Assembly (NCBI RefSeq): GCF_006345805.1
Contig: NC_042998.1
Coordinates: 183,582,001 to 183,646,000, forward strand
Source of the DNA: Octopus sinensis
Taxonomy: Eukaryota
Direction: 5' to 3'
DNA: 64,000 nt
Part shown: positions 52,427 through 64,000 of the stretch, piece by piece
Numbering within the stretch: the stretch's first letter is position 1
Layout of the letters: each line of letters starts with the position of its first letter
Made by a program: the position numbers and the translations under genes
Notes under the pieces: generated by a model
What the model was told of the DNA's origin: nothing
The model's input: the letters and a program-made list of their open reading frames with translations, nothing else
The model's database searches: none

Positions 52427-53640
52427 ATGTTTAATTTTGGGGAAACTTTATTTCAATTAAAGTGTATTTTATATATATGTATGTGTGTTTGTGTGTGTGT
52501 ATGTATGAATATATTTCCTGAGCGCCATACTAATACAATTGTTCATTTGTTTTCCACCTGCCTTCGTCTTTTGTCTATTTTCATAAAGCTTCCCGTTATA
52601 TATATATATATTAAAGAAAGCAAAAAAATAAAACAAAAATGATAGTGTTCAGTATGTTGGCAACAGGAATTTCTGTCAAAGGGACATGGTTAAACAAAGT
52701 TGTACATCATCTCCCTCTTTTTCTCACATACCCACTCTTTCTCTCTTTTTTATTATTACTCTCACTGCCACCATCAACACTACTGCTTTTAATAAAACAT
52801 TATCACCTCTCCCTAAATTTCTTTGCCTCTCTTCTCTCTCTCTCTCTCTCTCTGTCTATCTTCGCCACCACCCTCACCATCTCTATGCCTACTATTACTC
52901 TCACCCCATCATGAGAAATGGTAAGCATGTCATTGAATAGTGAGAGAGGGGGGTCTAAGTGTGACATATTGACACACAGAAATTAGTTTTCTCATTTATT
53001 ATATTAGATTACTAGGGGAATTAAATGTGCAAGAACAGTAACTTTTCATAATTTCATTGGTGAAGAATACTGGACAATTCCTACAATGTAATTTAAGGGT
53101 ATCAAATTAACATTAATTAATTATTGATAAAAGAACTGATGTATCGACAAAAAAAAAGTAGCTTGTTTTAAAATGTAGAGTTTTGTGATAGCCATATTAA
53201 AAACAAAACAAAAAAAACAGCTGACAAGATTTTAAACTGCTTTGAAAATCAATTACTGTACTGCCCAAGGTATTTACAATTTCTATGGTAAATTTCTTGT
53301 TTGGAAAACATAGTATTTCATTTAAAGACATGATAGGATGGACAAGTGAAATAGTGAGAGTCAAAAGTGAAGTTCAATGTCTTCTGAAGCAAAAAGTACA
53401 ATATTTCTTAGTACAAGGCTTGTATGTACCACTCAATATATAAATGTGCATTCAATGCATGTCCTGAGTAACTCACTAAAATTATTTATTCATATTAAGG
53501 CGGTGAGCTGGAAGAATTGATAGCATGCCAGGCAAAACGCTTAGCAACATTTCATCTGTCTTTATGTTCTGAGTTCAAATTCTGCTGAGGTTGACTTTGC
53601 CTTTCATCCTTCTGGGGTCAATAAAATAAGTACCATCATC

Positions 53641-54708
53641 ATCAAATCAGATAATCTTGAGTGCCTACACTGCTGGGATAGACTGACAATGGAATAAGTG
53701 CTGAGCTCCCGCAGAATAGCACTAGCCCAAGGAAGATACACATGGAGGCACAATCAAGTGCTTAAGGAGACTACACGTTATAAATACAGCTAAAGTAAAA
53801 TCATAACACCAGAATCTCCAACATTCTACACAACAGGAGGCAGTGAATTATGGCCAGGAACATCTATCCCAGAAGGGGCACAGGAGTGGAGCCTTCTGGG
53901 TGGTGTGAATGACTGGGTGTGCACAGCAGGCCTCCCAGGAACAACAAAACAACCAGAAATCATGAAGAAGAGTGGCTTGAGGCTGGATATCATACTCCAT
54001 TCCCTTTTTAGGTGCAGGAGTGGCTGTGTGGTAAGTAGCTTGTTTACCAACCACATGGTTCTGGGTTCAGTCCCACTGCTTCACACCTTGGGCAAGTGTC
54101 TTCTACTATAGCCTCGGGTTGACCAAAGCCTTGTGAGTGGATTTGGTAGACGGAAACTGAAAGAAGCCCATCGTATATATGTATATATATGTGTGTGGGT
54201 ATGTTTGTGTCTGTGTTCATCCCCCCAACATCGCTTGACAACCGATGCTGGTGTATTTACGTCTCCGTAAATTAGCGGTTCGGTAAAAGTGACCGATAGA
54301 ATAAGTACTAGGCTTACAAAGAATAAGTCCTGGGGTCGAATTACTCGACTAAAGGCGGTGCTCCAGCATGACCGCAGTCAAATGACTGAAACAAGTAATA
54401 GAGTAAAAGAGTAACTGATTTTCGTTGTCCTCACCGAGCTATTTGAAAATGGAATAGAAGAAGCACATATGTACAACACTGAAAAATATGTTAGTCTGAG
54501 CAACAGCCTGAGCGAAGTCAACTTCCAGGTCAAAGGTCTTGCCGTAGAGGCTAGAGCCAGAAGTTTTGTGGGCAAATCTGCTAACGATCTAATGAAACAA
54601 CTCCTAGTCTCTGGGAAGAACAGGACCAAAACCCTAAGGACAATGTCAGAGACAGCAGACAACTCCATCTGGTTGAGGAGGAACAAAAATGACCTCAAAA
54701 CTATTTGA
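53641..54708 (+). mobile_element. HERO/R2-superfamily non-LTR retrotransposon 3' end (zinc knuckle plus REL endonuclease), split by a family A SINE at 54010-54413
   Basis: CLHCWDRLTME*VLSSRRIALAQGRYTWRHNQVL, then LRLDIILHS | LIFVVLTELFENGIEEAH..EKY..AVEARARSFVGKS..SIWLRR. Confidence 0.82.
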
Positions 54709-55316
54709 AAGTAATGTTTTTGTACTTTAACGCAAAGGGAAGCATTTGTTAATTTGTTTGTTAATCAGATACACTAAACTTCGAGAACCTTCAATTTTGT
54801 ATTTCTTTCCACTTCTGAAAGAAACTAAAGAACTCTACCCATATTGAGTAAGAAGCATGTAAAAAGCACCATCCGAACGTGGCCGATGCCAGCACCACCT
54901 TGACTGGTTTCTGTGCCGGTGGCACATGACCTGCTGTGTTTGAGGAGACCTATTGAGTCTACTACGATGACTCTGAGTGAGTCATTGTAGTAGCATTGAT
55001 ACTTCACTGCTACCATGACAACTAATGCTAGTTCTCATTTAAGTTTGGAAGCTGAGTTAATGAAGAGGAGTTACAACTAGTGGTTTAAATACACAAGTCT
55101 TCAATATCCAAATGGCTAAAATGTGTCAGCAGAAGGGCACCCAGGTGTCATGACCTGGATGTAGTCTGGCCCCTTAGAGTGTAAGAAGCTATAGGCCAAA
55201 CACTAGCCTGAGAGTGGGGTTTCTTTTCTGAAGACCTTCTGTTGTTCAGTTCTCATGAGAGTTTCTTAAAACTGGAAAAATATATTTTGCATGTCTAACT
55301 TTTAGTCTATTATATA

Positions 55317-55760
55317 TCATCATCATCATCATCATCATTTAATATCTGTCATCCATGCTGGCATGGGTTGGACGATTTGACAGCAGCTGGTAAGCTGAGG
55401 GACTGCACCAGACTCCAGTCTGATTTGGCATAGTTTCTACAGCTTGATGCCCTTCCTAAAGCCAATCACTCAGAGTGTAATGAGTGCTTTTACACACCAA
55501 TTGTGTGACACCAGTATCTGCCATAGTGAAGGTGTGTGGCTTAGTGGTTAGGGTGTCTGCATCATGATCGTAAGATTGTGGTTTCGATTCCTGGACCGGG
55601 CGACACATTGTGTTCTTGAGCAAAACACTTCATTTCACATTGCTCCAGTCCACTCAGCTGGCAAAAATGAGTAATGCTGCAATGGACTGGCGTCCTATCC
55701 ATCTGGGGAACACATATGCCATAGAAACCGGGCCCATGAGCCTGGCTAGGCTTTAAAAGG
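55317..55760. mobile_element. Family C (55317-55520, minus) abutting a family D-type SINE (55530-55760, plus)
   Basis: (CAT)n tail reversed; tggcttagtggtt and gtttcgattcc boxes. Confidence 0.7.
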
Positions 55761-57719
55761 GCGCATTTATTTTTTTAGTATCTGCCATAACTACATAACT
55801 ACAATTTTACTAAATTTAGTTTCATGCCAAAAGATTCAAAATTCAGGCTTATGAAGCTACATAAACAGTATATGATGATAATTAACTTTTCAAGTTTCAG
55901 AATTAGAGAGACATTGGGACATTTCTCAAGATAAATGTAGAGATAATCTTTGTTTTACAATTAGCTTGATACTAATGATCTTTCATTTCATCATTCTTTA
56001 ACTGCAACCTTGCAGAAAGGTTTATCTTTGGTAAACAATATGGAGGTAAAAAAAAAAAAAAAAAACCTTGTTCGTGGCAGAGTATGGAAGTACCAAGTTA
56101 CTTCTATGAATCTTTTAAAAACATGTATAGAATGGCAACTGTCTGAAAACTTTTTGGAAGAAAAGAGGAAATAAATTGTATAGCAATGAAGACAAAAACA
56201 CCAACTTTTTCTATAATCTAATGTTACTTATGAATTTTTCTTTTATTTAATTTTGTAAAAATCTAAGAATTTTTTGTAAATCTAAAAAAAAATCATTTGG
56301 TAAATATCCAAGAAATCCTGGTCATGAAGGAAAAAGTTCAAGAAACAAGGTTATAAAATATCTTTAACAATATATGTAACCAGTTTCAAATAAAATCATT
56401 CCAAGCCTGAAAGCAAACTTCAGAACAATTATATGTATATAAAACTGCTTCAGATAAAAGAAAACGTCTAAGAGTTTCAGTTTCTTAACAGAACAAAGAC
56501 ATTTCTACCTAATGCAGGAAAAGATTATTTTGTTCAACAGAAACTATGTTCCTTAACATAAAATATAAAATTAATTAAATACAACAGTTTGTTGTACCAG
56601 AAATGGTAAGAAATGCAAAATAAATTTATTGTAAATAACCTTATTTTATAATATAAGAGAATATGACAATTATTTCCAACAAGATGAAAGAATCATTGCC
56701 AGTGTAGTTGTTGTTTAGCTCCAGGTCGACCCTGATTGAGTACACCTATGATCAAAGATGCTACAACTACTAATATTCTGCATTCTATTTACTAATTTTC
56801 CAGACAGTATATTTAAGAATACATTTCTGATGTGTCCTTCCTTTTTTAAGGCAGTAACATGTGATTTAAAGAAGATCTGCTTAAATTTCCTAGCAGGACA
56901 AGCAATCATATAGACATTTTGATGCAAAAAGGTTTGTTATTAAGGCAAAAATTTGTTTATCTGATTAAGAATTGCTCTCATTGCAACCTTCAAATTTTGA
57001 AATCACCATAATTTCATAATTATCATTTTAATTTAACTAACACTGTCAAATTAAACTTTACTCTTACAAGCTCTGTTTTACCTCCTATATAACACTACTT
57101 GATAAACTAGCCTTTAGTGGTTATTAATACCACTAATAACTGCTATCACCTTTTTGTTAGGCAATGTGGAGAAATCTGAAAGGGATATGCTTGCTATTTT
57201 TAACCACATACTGGTTTTCACTTTGGTTATTTTGTTGAGCAGAGAGTTAGCTGCATTCAAGTTTAGAAGCAACTTATTGTTTCTACACCTGCCATGTATT
57301 GATAATTACGAGTAAAAATGGTATGTAGCCCTCAGGCCATGCTGTATCAATTTTGCTAACTAGAGACATAAAAGTAAATCCAGTAAATGTGTGTACGTTC
57401 CAATTGCCCAAGATTCATTACTAGATCACATTCAAAAATGATCCAGCTGATCAATGTGAAACTGCTAGCCAACACTCTTTAACACTCAGAAATGCTGTCT
57501 CCTTTCTCTGCCTTTTGCATCATTATTACAGAGGTCTTGGGTTTGCAGAACTGGCTGGTATCATGCAAACACCACTCAAGCACTTCCAATTCAGTTCTCT
57601 TTCACCATTCAGATTGTGTTCTCCCCACCACCCTCTCACCTCACTTTCAGCACTAACCATTATGTCCCATCCTTGCTCCACAAAAAACTGGCCCACTATA
57701 ATTCTCATCCTGCAGTCAT

Positions 57720-58234
57720 AAACTTGCAATTGCACAAGCCAAACATTAACCACATCTGTGTGTGAGAAGACCCGGCAGGACAAGTGAGACTATAACCTGT
57801 GGCCTTTACCTGGGATGTAGCCAGTCCACTTATGCATACCTTTCCTTCTTGGGACACAAAACTCTGCTTGCAAAGATCTGTTGAGGCAAGTGAAATCGAA
57901 ATCGATCATAAATCAATGGAAATTGTAGTTGTGATACCAGTGCTGGTGGCACGTAAAAGAACCATCCGAACGTGGCCATTGCCAGCGCTACCTCGACTGG
58001 CCTCCGTGCCGGTGGCATGTAAAAGGTACCAACCAATTGTGGCCGTTGTCGGTGGCACATAAAAATCACCCACTACACTCATGGAGTGGTTGGCATTAGG
58101 AAGGGCATCCAGCTGTAGAAACACTGCCAGATCAGACTGGGTCTGGTGCAGCCTCCTGGCTTCCCAGACCCTGGTCGAACCGTCCACCCCATGCTAGCAC
58201 GGAAAGCGGACGTTAAACGATGATGATGATGATG
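57720..58234 (+). mobile_element. Longest family C copy, with RTE-like 5' extension
   Basis: tgagaagacccggcag..caagtgagac upstream of the standard family C body and (GAT)n tail. Confidence 0.75.
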
Positions 58235-59246
58235 ATTCTCACTAGGTTCAGGGGGCTTCATGACTAAACTGAAAATAAATTAACAAAATAAAAAAAAAAT
58301 AAAATAAACTATGTAGATACAAATATGGTGGTGTGGTCAAGAAGCTCATTTTGCATCCAGGTGGTTTCAGATTCAATTCCACTGAGGAGAACTTTGGGCA
58401 AGTGTCTTCTACAACACTCCCAGGCCAACAAATGTTTTGTGAATAAATTTGGTACAAACTCTGTGTGTGTGTGTGTGTAAGAAAATAAGAAGGCAAAGGA
58501 ATAAAAAATTATCTTATGAACTTCATTAGCTTACTGCTGTTTCCACTATTAAATGCAGTGGACTCATAGTTGAGTGCCCGAGTAACACCTCATCAGAGCT
58601 TTAAATATGAAGTGACTGTGTGTGTGTGTGTGTGTGTTCATTCCTATCCACTTGACAGTCAATGTTGGTTTGTTTACATCCTTGTGACTGAGTGGTACAG
58701 CAACAGCAACAATAGAATAAGTACTAGGCTTAAAAAATAAGTACCAGGGGGCAATTTGTTTGACTAAACCCTTGAAAGCAGTGCCCTAGCGTGGCCACAG
58801 TCCAATGACTGAAACAAGTAAAAGATAAAAGCTATGTAGGTAAGAGCACAAAATATGGATACAGTGGTGATAAGAACTGGAACCAGTTGCAAGACAGCAA
58901 TGCCAACACGAGAAAAATTTAACATCTGTTATAGAATATATGAATTAATTAATTTCATATAAATTAGATCTAGCCTTGCTCTGAGTTAATTTCTGTGTTA
59001 TATTCCCAAGAGAGTGTACATGATGGTAGTGACTCATGGCTGTGACAGAAGTTCCTGATTACTGAAAAAACTAGGAGTTAATAGCCAAACATCAATACAG
59101 TACTCAATATATGGGTAGAGTTCTTTAGTTTCTTTCAGAAATGGAAAGAAATACAAAATTGAAGGTTCTCGAAGTTTAGTGTATCTGATTAACAAACAAA
59201 TTATTGTGCACACAGATGGAATAATATATATATAGTTAATCCAAAC

Positions 59247-59772
59247 ATGAAAACACAACAATGTGAGGATGTGGAACAAGTATAGTGTTATTGGACGCTC
59301 AGGAGAGGAAAGAAAGAAGGAGGATTCAACGTTTTGAGCAGAGCTCTTCATCAGAAACATAGGAAAAGGAAAAATCCAAGGAAAGGAAGACGGAGGAATA
59401 TATTATATATATATAGGGAAAGTTTACGAAAAAAAAAAAAAGACGAAGACAGGTGGTGTACTAAACAAACAGATGTATTAGTATAATGCTCAGGAATAGA
59501 AAAAGTCTTTTACGTTTTGAGCCTACGCTCTTCTACAGAAAGGTACACAGAAAAAACAAGGAGAGAAAAAAAATGTGTATATTGGCTAATGATCTATATA
59601 TATATATAATACAAAGAAGAAAATGGAGAAACAAATTTAGCTTGTTCATGAACTTACGGATATTGCATTGCAATTAAAAAATTTATGTATTAAGAATTTG
59701 GGTACTTTACCAACAGTATATTGGATAAATGATATCCCATAGTGGGTTACACCCATAACCCCTATCTTACTT

Positions 59773-59820
<48 letters not shown>

Positions 59821-59907
59821 TGCTAAATGTCTAAATAGATAATTTTAATCTTACATTCTTTATCTGTTCAAATATTTCCCCTCTACACATTTAATTGGCA
59901 TGTGTGC

Positions 59908-59943
<36 letters not shown>

Positions 59944-60335
59944 CTGTGTGTAGATAACTACCAGTACATAAATTCTTTCATATACATTCATACAAATACA
60001 CACACACATGTATAAACATATACATAGACATATATACATACAGACATATATATATATACGTATATATATGTATATATGTGCATATATATATATATATATA
60101 TATATACGTATATATATGTATATATGTGCATATATATATATATAGATATATATAGTTGAAATTTACAGAAAAACAAAAGACAAAAACAGGTGCATAAACA
60201 ACAAACAGGTGTATTAGTTCAATGCTTGGGAATGTGAGAAAGTCTTTTACATTTCGAGCCTACACTCTTCAACAGAAAGGAACACTAGGAAATAAACAGT
60301 GAGAGAGAAAAAAAAACTTTTGGAGCTAGCAGTCA
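59247..60335 (-). mobile_element. Three short Penelope-like repeats with minimal hammerhead-like motifs (59247-59398, 59417-59592, 60155-60335), separated by (TA)n/(TG)n
   Basis: Minus-strand motifs at 59322-59358 (CTGATGAA GAGC TCT GCTC AAAAC GTT), 59507-59542 and 60244-60279. Confidence 0.6.
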
Positions 60336-60645
60336 ATCATATATATATATATTTTATTTACAAATTAGCATGAAGCACAAGGATGCATATAAGCATCAAC
60401 CTACTAGAAAAAAGAGCTAAAATGCGATTTGCCTGTGAACCACCTATGTTACTACTGTTGATAGCATCAATTTTAAATTTTATCCACTGATGATATTTAC
60501 AGTGGTAACATCTTATTTCAAACCTTAGACTTTGAATGTATTGTTTATAAATATTTTTGCACCATGTGCCGAGTTTTTGGGAGCAAAACTAAATCAGTAC
60601 ATTAATGGATATATGACGTGGTGGACATGGATGTTTACTAGGTAG

Positions 60646-60703
60646 TCTACACCGAAGAGGCTCAAGGATTAAATTTCCAGAAGCCCAAACTCAGGTATGT
60701 AGA
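60646..60703 (+). ncRNA. Decayed type I hammerhead-like motif
   Basis: tctaca-cCGAAGA-ggct..agcc-CAAAC-tcag-GTA-tgtaga: stems I and II can pair; core has two changes from CUGANGA/GAAA. Confidence 0.35.
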
Positions 60704-61212
60704 TATCCTAAATAGCATAATCTTTCATAGATGTGCTTTTGAATATATTACTCTTTCCATTTCCTCATCTACTGTTATTTCTCTGTTATTTTGGTGCTTT
60801 ACGGTGGTTAATTAAGACTTTAGCTCTTATTTCTAGCTGGTTGATGCTTTTATGCATCCTTACGCTTTGTGCTAATTTGTATATTATAGCTTAATAATGC
60901 TATTTGCCTGTGAACCACCTATGTTTCTACTGTTGATACCATCAATTTTAAATTTTATCCACTGACGGAGTGGTTGGCATTAGGAAGGGCATCCAGCTGT
61001 AGAAACACTGCCAAATCAGACCAGAGCCTGGTGCGGCCTCCATGGCTTACCAGACCCCGGTTGAACCGTTCAACCCATGCTAGCATGGAAAACGGACATT
61101 AAATGATGATGATGATGATGTTAACAGTAGAGACATCTTATTTCAAACCTTAGTGTTTTAATGTTTTGTTTATACACACACACACACACACATACATATA
61201 TATATGTATATA

Positions 61213-62446
61213 CATATATACATCATAAATTTGGAAATATCTATAAAACTGTCAAAAGCTTGTTTATTTTTAGGTTTTTTGATTTATTATTAGTGTTGCT
61301 TAATATGTTTTGCTAAAATTGCTGTTTCTTTTCGGATATCATCAGAAAAAGGTAATTAAAACTCATTAAAACGATAGCTCTATTGAACTTTCAAAGAGGT
61401 CAAATTGTTGGTGGTCATATAGTAGGCACTAGTGTAACAAAAACAGCCAAAATGTTTATTGTATCAAGAAGTACTGTCTCAAAAGTAATGACAGCCTTTG
61501 AGAAAGAGGGAAAAACCTCCTCCAAAACAAAACTCCAGAAGAAAACCAAAACTTTGAGTCAGGGACCATCTGGCTCTTATATGAATTGTTAGAAAGGATC
61601 ACAAAAGTACAGCTACAAAAAATTACTGCAGAGCTTAATGACCACCGTGAGAACCCAGTTTCCACAAAAACTGTTCACCAGGAGCTGCACAATGCCAGAT
61701 TTCATGGGAGGGCTGCAATCAGAAAACTACTACTTTCAAAATGCAAAACATTTAGAGTGGAGTAAAAACCTACAGAATTGATCCCTAGAGCAGTGGAAGA
61801 ATGTTATTTTCTTGGACAAGTCATTCTTTATCTTATTTCTGACCACTGGCCGAGTATACGTATGGAGACAGCCAAAAGAAGCATTTGACCTAGACTGCCG
61901 TCTTCCAACTGTTAAACATGGAGGATCTGTGATGATCTGGGGGTGGGGCTATATCTTGGAAATCTGCCAGCCCAATGGTGTCCCTTCACGGTAGAATTAA
62001 TAGTCAAGACTATTTAAGCATTTTATCTGATCAAATTCATCCTATGGTTGCGGAACTGTTTCCAGAGGGAAACACAATCTTTCAGGATGATAATGCACCA
62101 ATTCACACAGCTAAACTTGTTACTAAATGGCACAAGGAAGATTCTAGTGAAGTTGAACATCTTATCTGGCCACCACAGTCCCCAGATCTCAATATTATTG
62201 AACATTTATGGTGTATTTTATAAAAACAAGTAAGGAGTTGATATCCTTCAACATCTTCACTACAAGAACTGGAGACTGTTTTAGCTGAAGAAAGGGCAAA
62301 AATTCCTTTGGAAACAATTCAAACTTTGTATGAGTCCATACCTTGTAGAATTCAAGCTGTAATTACTGCCAAAAGTGTTCCTACCCCATATTAAAATAAA
62401 TTTGTTTGAAATTTTAAGGTGTTTCCATTATTTTTTCCAACCCCTA
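61213..62446 (+). mobile_element. Tc1-family transposon, decayed (left TIR eroded)
   Basis: Right TIR aggtgtttccattattttttccaacccct(a), followed by TA; remnant aaatttggaaatatct on the left. Confidence 0.85.
61371..62394 (+). pseudogene. Tc1 DDE transposase with frameshifts
   Basis: FQRGQIVG..SVTKTA..VSRSTVSKVM; DKSFF (SDES-like); VKHGGSVMIWG; FQDDNAPIH; WPPQSPDLNIIEHLW; RIQAVITAK..PTPY*. Confidence 0.92.
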
Positions 62447-63867
62447 TATATATATCTGAGTACAGATAAGGGCTGACAGTTTAGAAAGTGTTTAAGGGTT
62501 GATAGACTGTCACAGTGGGAGATGACTATGTAAAGTGATTCAATGTTCATAGTGAAAAGAAATTTGGACAGTCAAGAAAGAAAAGAGAATAGTCTTTCCT
62601 GCATCACCTCTCCTCACCTTCAAAAAAGGATAGGAACCATGACAACCTCCTAGCGGGAAGCTTCATAGCATCTGGCCCCATACAATGAGGGACTTTTAAG
62701 TGTACTTGCCAATGATGTAATACCTGTCCCTACACTACAACCATCACTGCGCTAACTTACGATGTCACATTAGCCAGAACTTCTGTTGTACATCTTCCAA
62801 TATTGTATCATTTGTAAACTTTGTGGTGCTATTTCATATTGTGGAAACAAGCTGATACCTTGCCAATTGCTTTTGGGAGAACATTTGAAACATACCACTA
62901 CATATATCTGGGTAACCTGCAACATCTCCACATACCATGGGTCCACATACTCAAAGAAACAGAAGGAACATTTCATATTCAAACTTGGTGCCATATTATC
63001 AACAGGTTTAAATTAATGTTTTCTATTTCTTAGATCAGTAATCGCTTTCTTATCTGCCAACTCCTCTTTCATCTCAATTTTCCCCCTCAACTCCACCTAC
63101 AGCTTTTCCCCATTTCTTTCCATTTTATTTCTCTTTAGCCCCATTTGCCCAGTTTCTCCCTTCTATTACTTCCTGTTTATGCATGAAGCTCACAAGGTCT
63201 TGCATTCTTTATCACTTACAGCAACTGTATGTGAACTGTATCTTGGTTATAGAGAATTCAGCAAATTCATATGATGGTAAAAAACAAAATTCCATTTAAA
63301 AAATAGTTGAAAAATAAAGACTGAAGACCTTTCATCTACAATTAACATTGGGGATTATCTTCTGAGGTTATAATGTAACCAACCCAAAGGTATCTTATAT
63401 CTTTAAAGTGTTGTTCTTCAGTAATAGGAGGAGTTCTTAAAAAAAGAGAGATAAGAGTTTCAGTAAACTTCCTTTTAGGACAAAGTAGCATACTAGTAAC
63501 TACTAATAAAATCAAAAGTATTACATTAAAGAAAATAACGTGGGGATAGGGGGCATTTAATTATATACATGATGCACTATGACCTATTTATCAATCCCAT
63601 TAACCTATTTTATAAATAAGTATAAGTCTTTAGTTTGATCTGTTCAAACCTCCACAAAAATTGACATTATAAAGTCTTGTCTCACAAACCACATCCACTA
63701 CCATCATAGATGCCACAGCTACCTTTTTCTTGAAACGTGTTTATACTTGGTTAAGACACAAACTGGAAGTTCCATAGGTTTAAAATTTTGATTAATCGTT
63801 TTAATGAAAAACGTTTGTAGAAGATAGTGTAAAACTTTAAACAAACATGCCAAAAAAATTTTAGGGT

Positions 63868-64000
63868 TAGAGTCTGGTCCTGTCTGGTCAAGTTTGGTCT
63901 GGTCTGATCTGGTTTTGACCTGTCTGGACTGGACTGATCCAGTTTGGACCAGTCTGATCCAGTCTGAACTGGTTAGAACCAGTTTGATCTGGCGTTGGCC
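63868..64000. repeat. Degenerate 5-bp satellite (GGTCT/GATCT/GGACT), running to the window edge
   Basis: gtctggtcctgtctggtcaagtttggtctggtctgatctgg..ctggactggactgatccag. Confidence 0.7.

Overview
AT-rich eukaryotic genomic DNA, very dense in microsatellites ((TA)n, (CA)n, (CAT)n, (AAT)n) and short repeats. The SINE families and overall texture point to an octopod cephalopod (Octopus-like); this is from recall, not a search. No intact, recognisable host protein-coding gene was found, and nearly all ORF-track entries are microsatellite or repeat read-throughs. Well supported: a full-length decayed mariner (13365-14642, TIRs plus TA), a decayed Tc1 (about 61.2-62.4 kb), RTE LINE fragments (one with YADD and a Cys-rich insert), a HERO/R2-superfamily REL-endonuclease LINE 3' end, a decayed hAT transposase, a CR1/L2-like fragment, three Helitron-like elements, TTAA- and TA-flanked MITEs and dozens of SINEs in about four families. 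Most interesting: (1) five minimal hammerhead-ribozyme-like motifs of Penelope type, four clustered at 59.3-60.7 kb, three with a non-canonical CUGU(A/U)GAA core; (2) a 244-bp, 96%-identical copy of sequence from 8.3 kb away inside a putative Helitron; (3) a CpG-retaining domain at about 29-37 kb with candidate minus-strand 5' exons, enclosing a 2.9-kb G-skewed tract built largely of a 30/60-bp cryptic satellite; (4) an isolated 25-bp-stem hairpin at 16426-16478. All family assignments come from motif recognition by eye.
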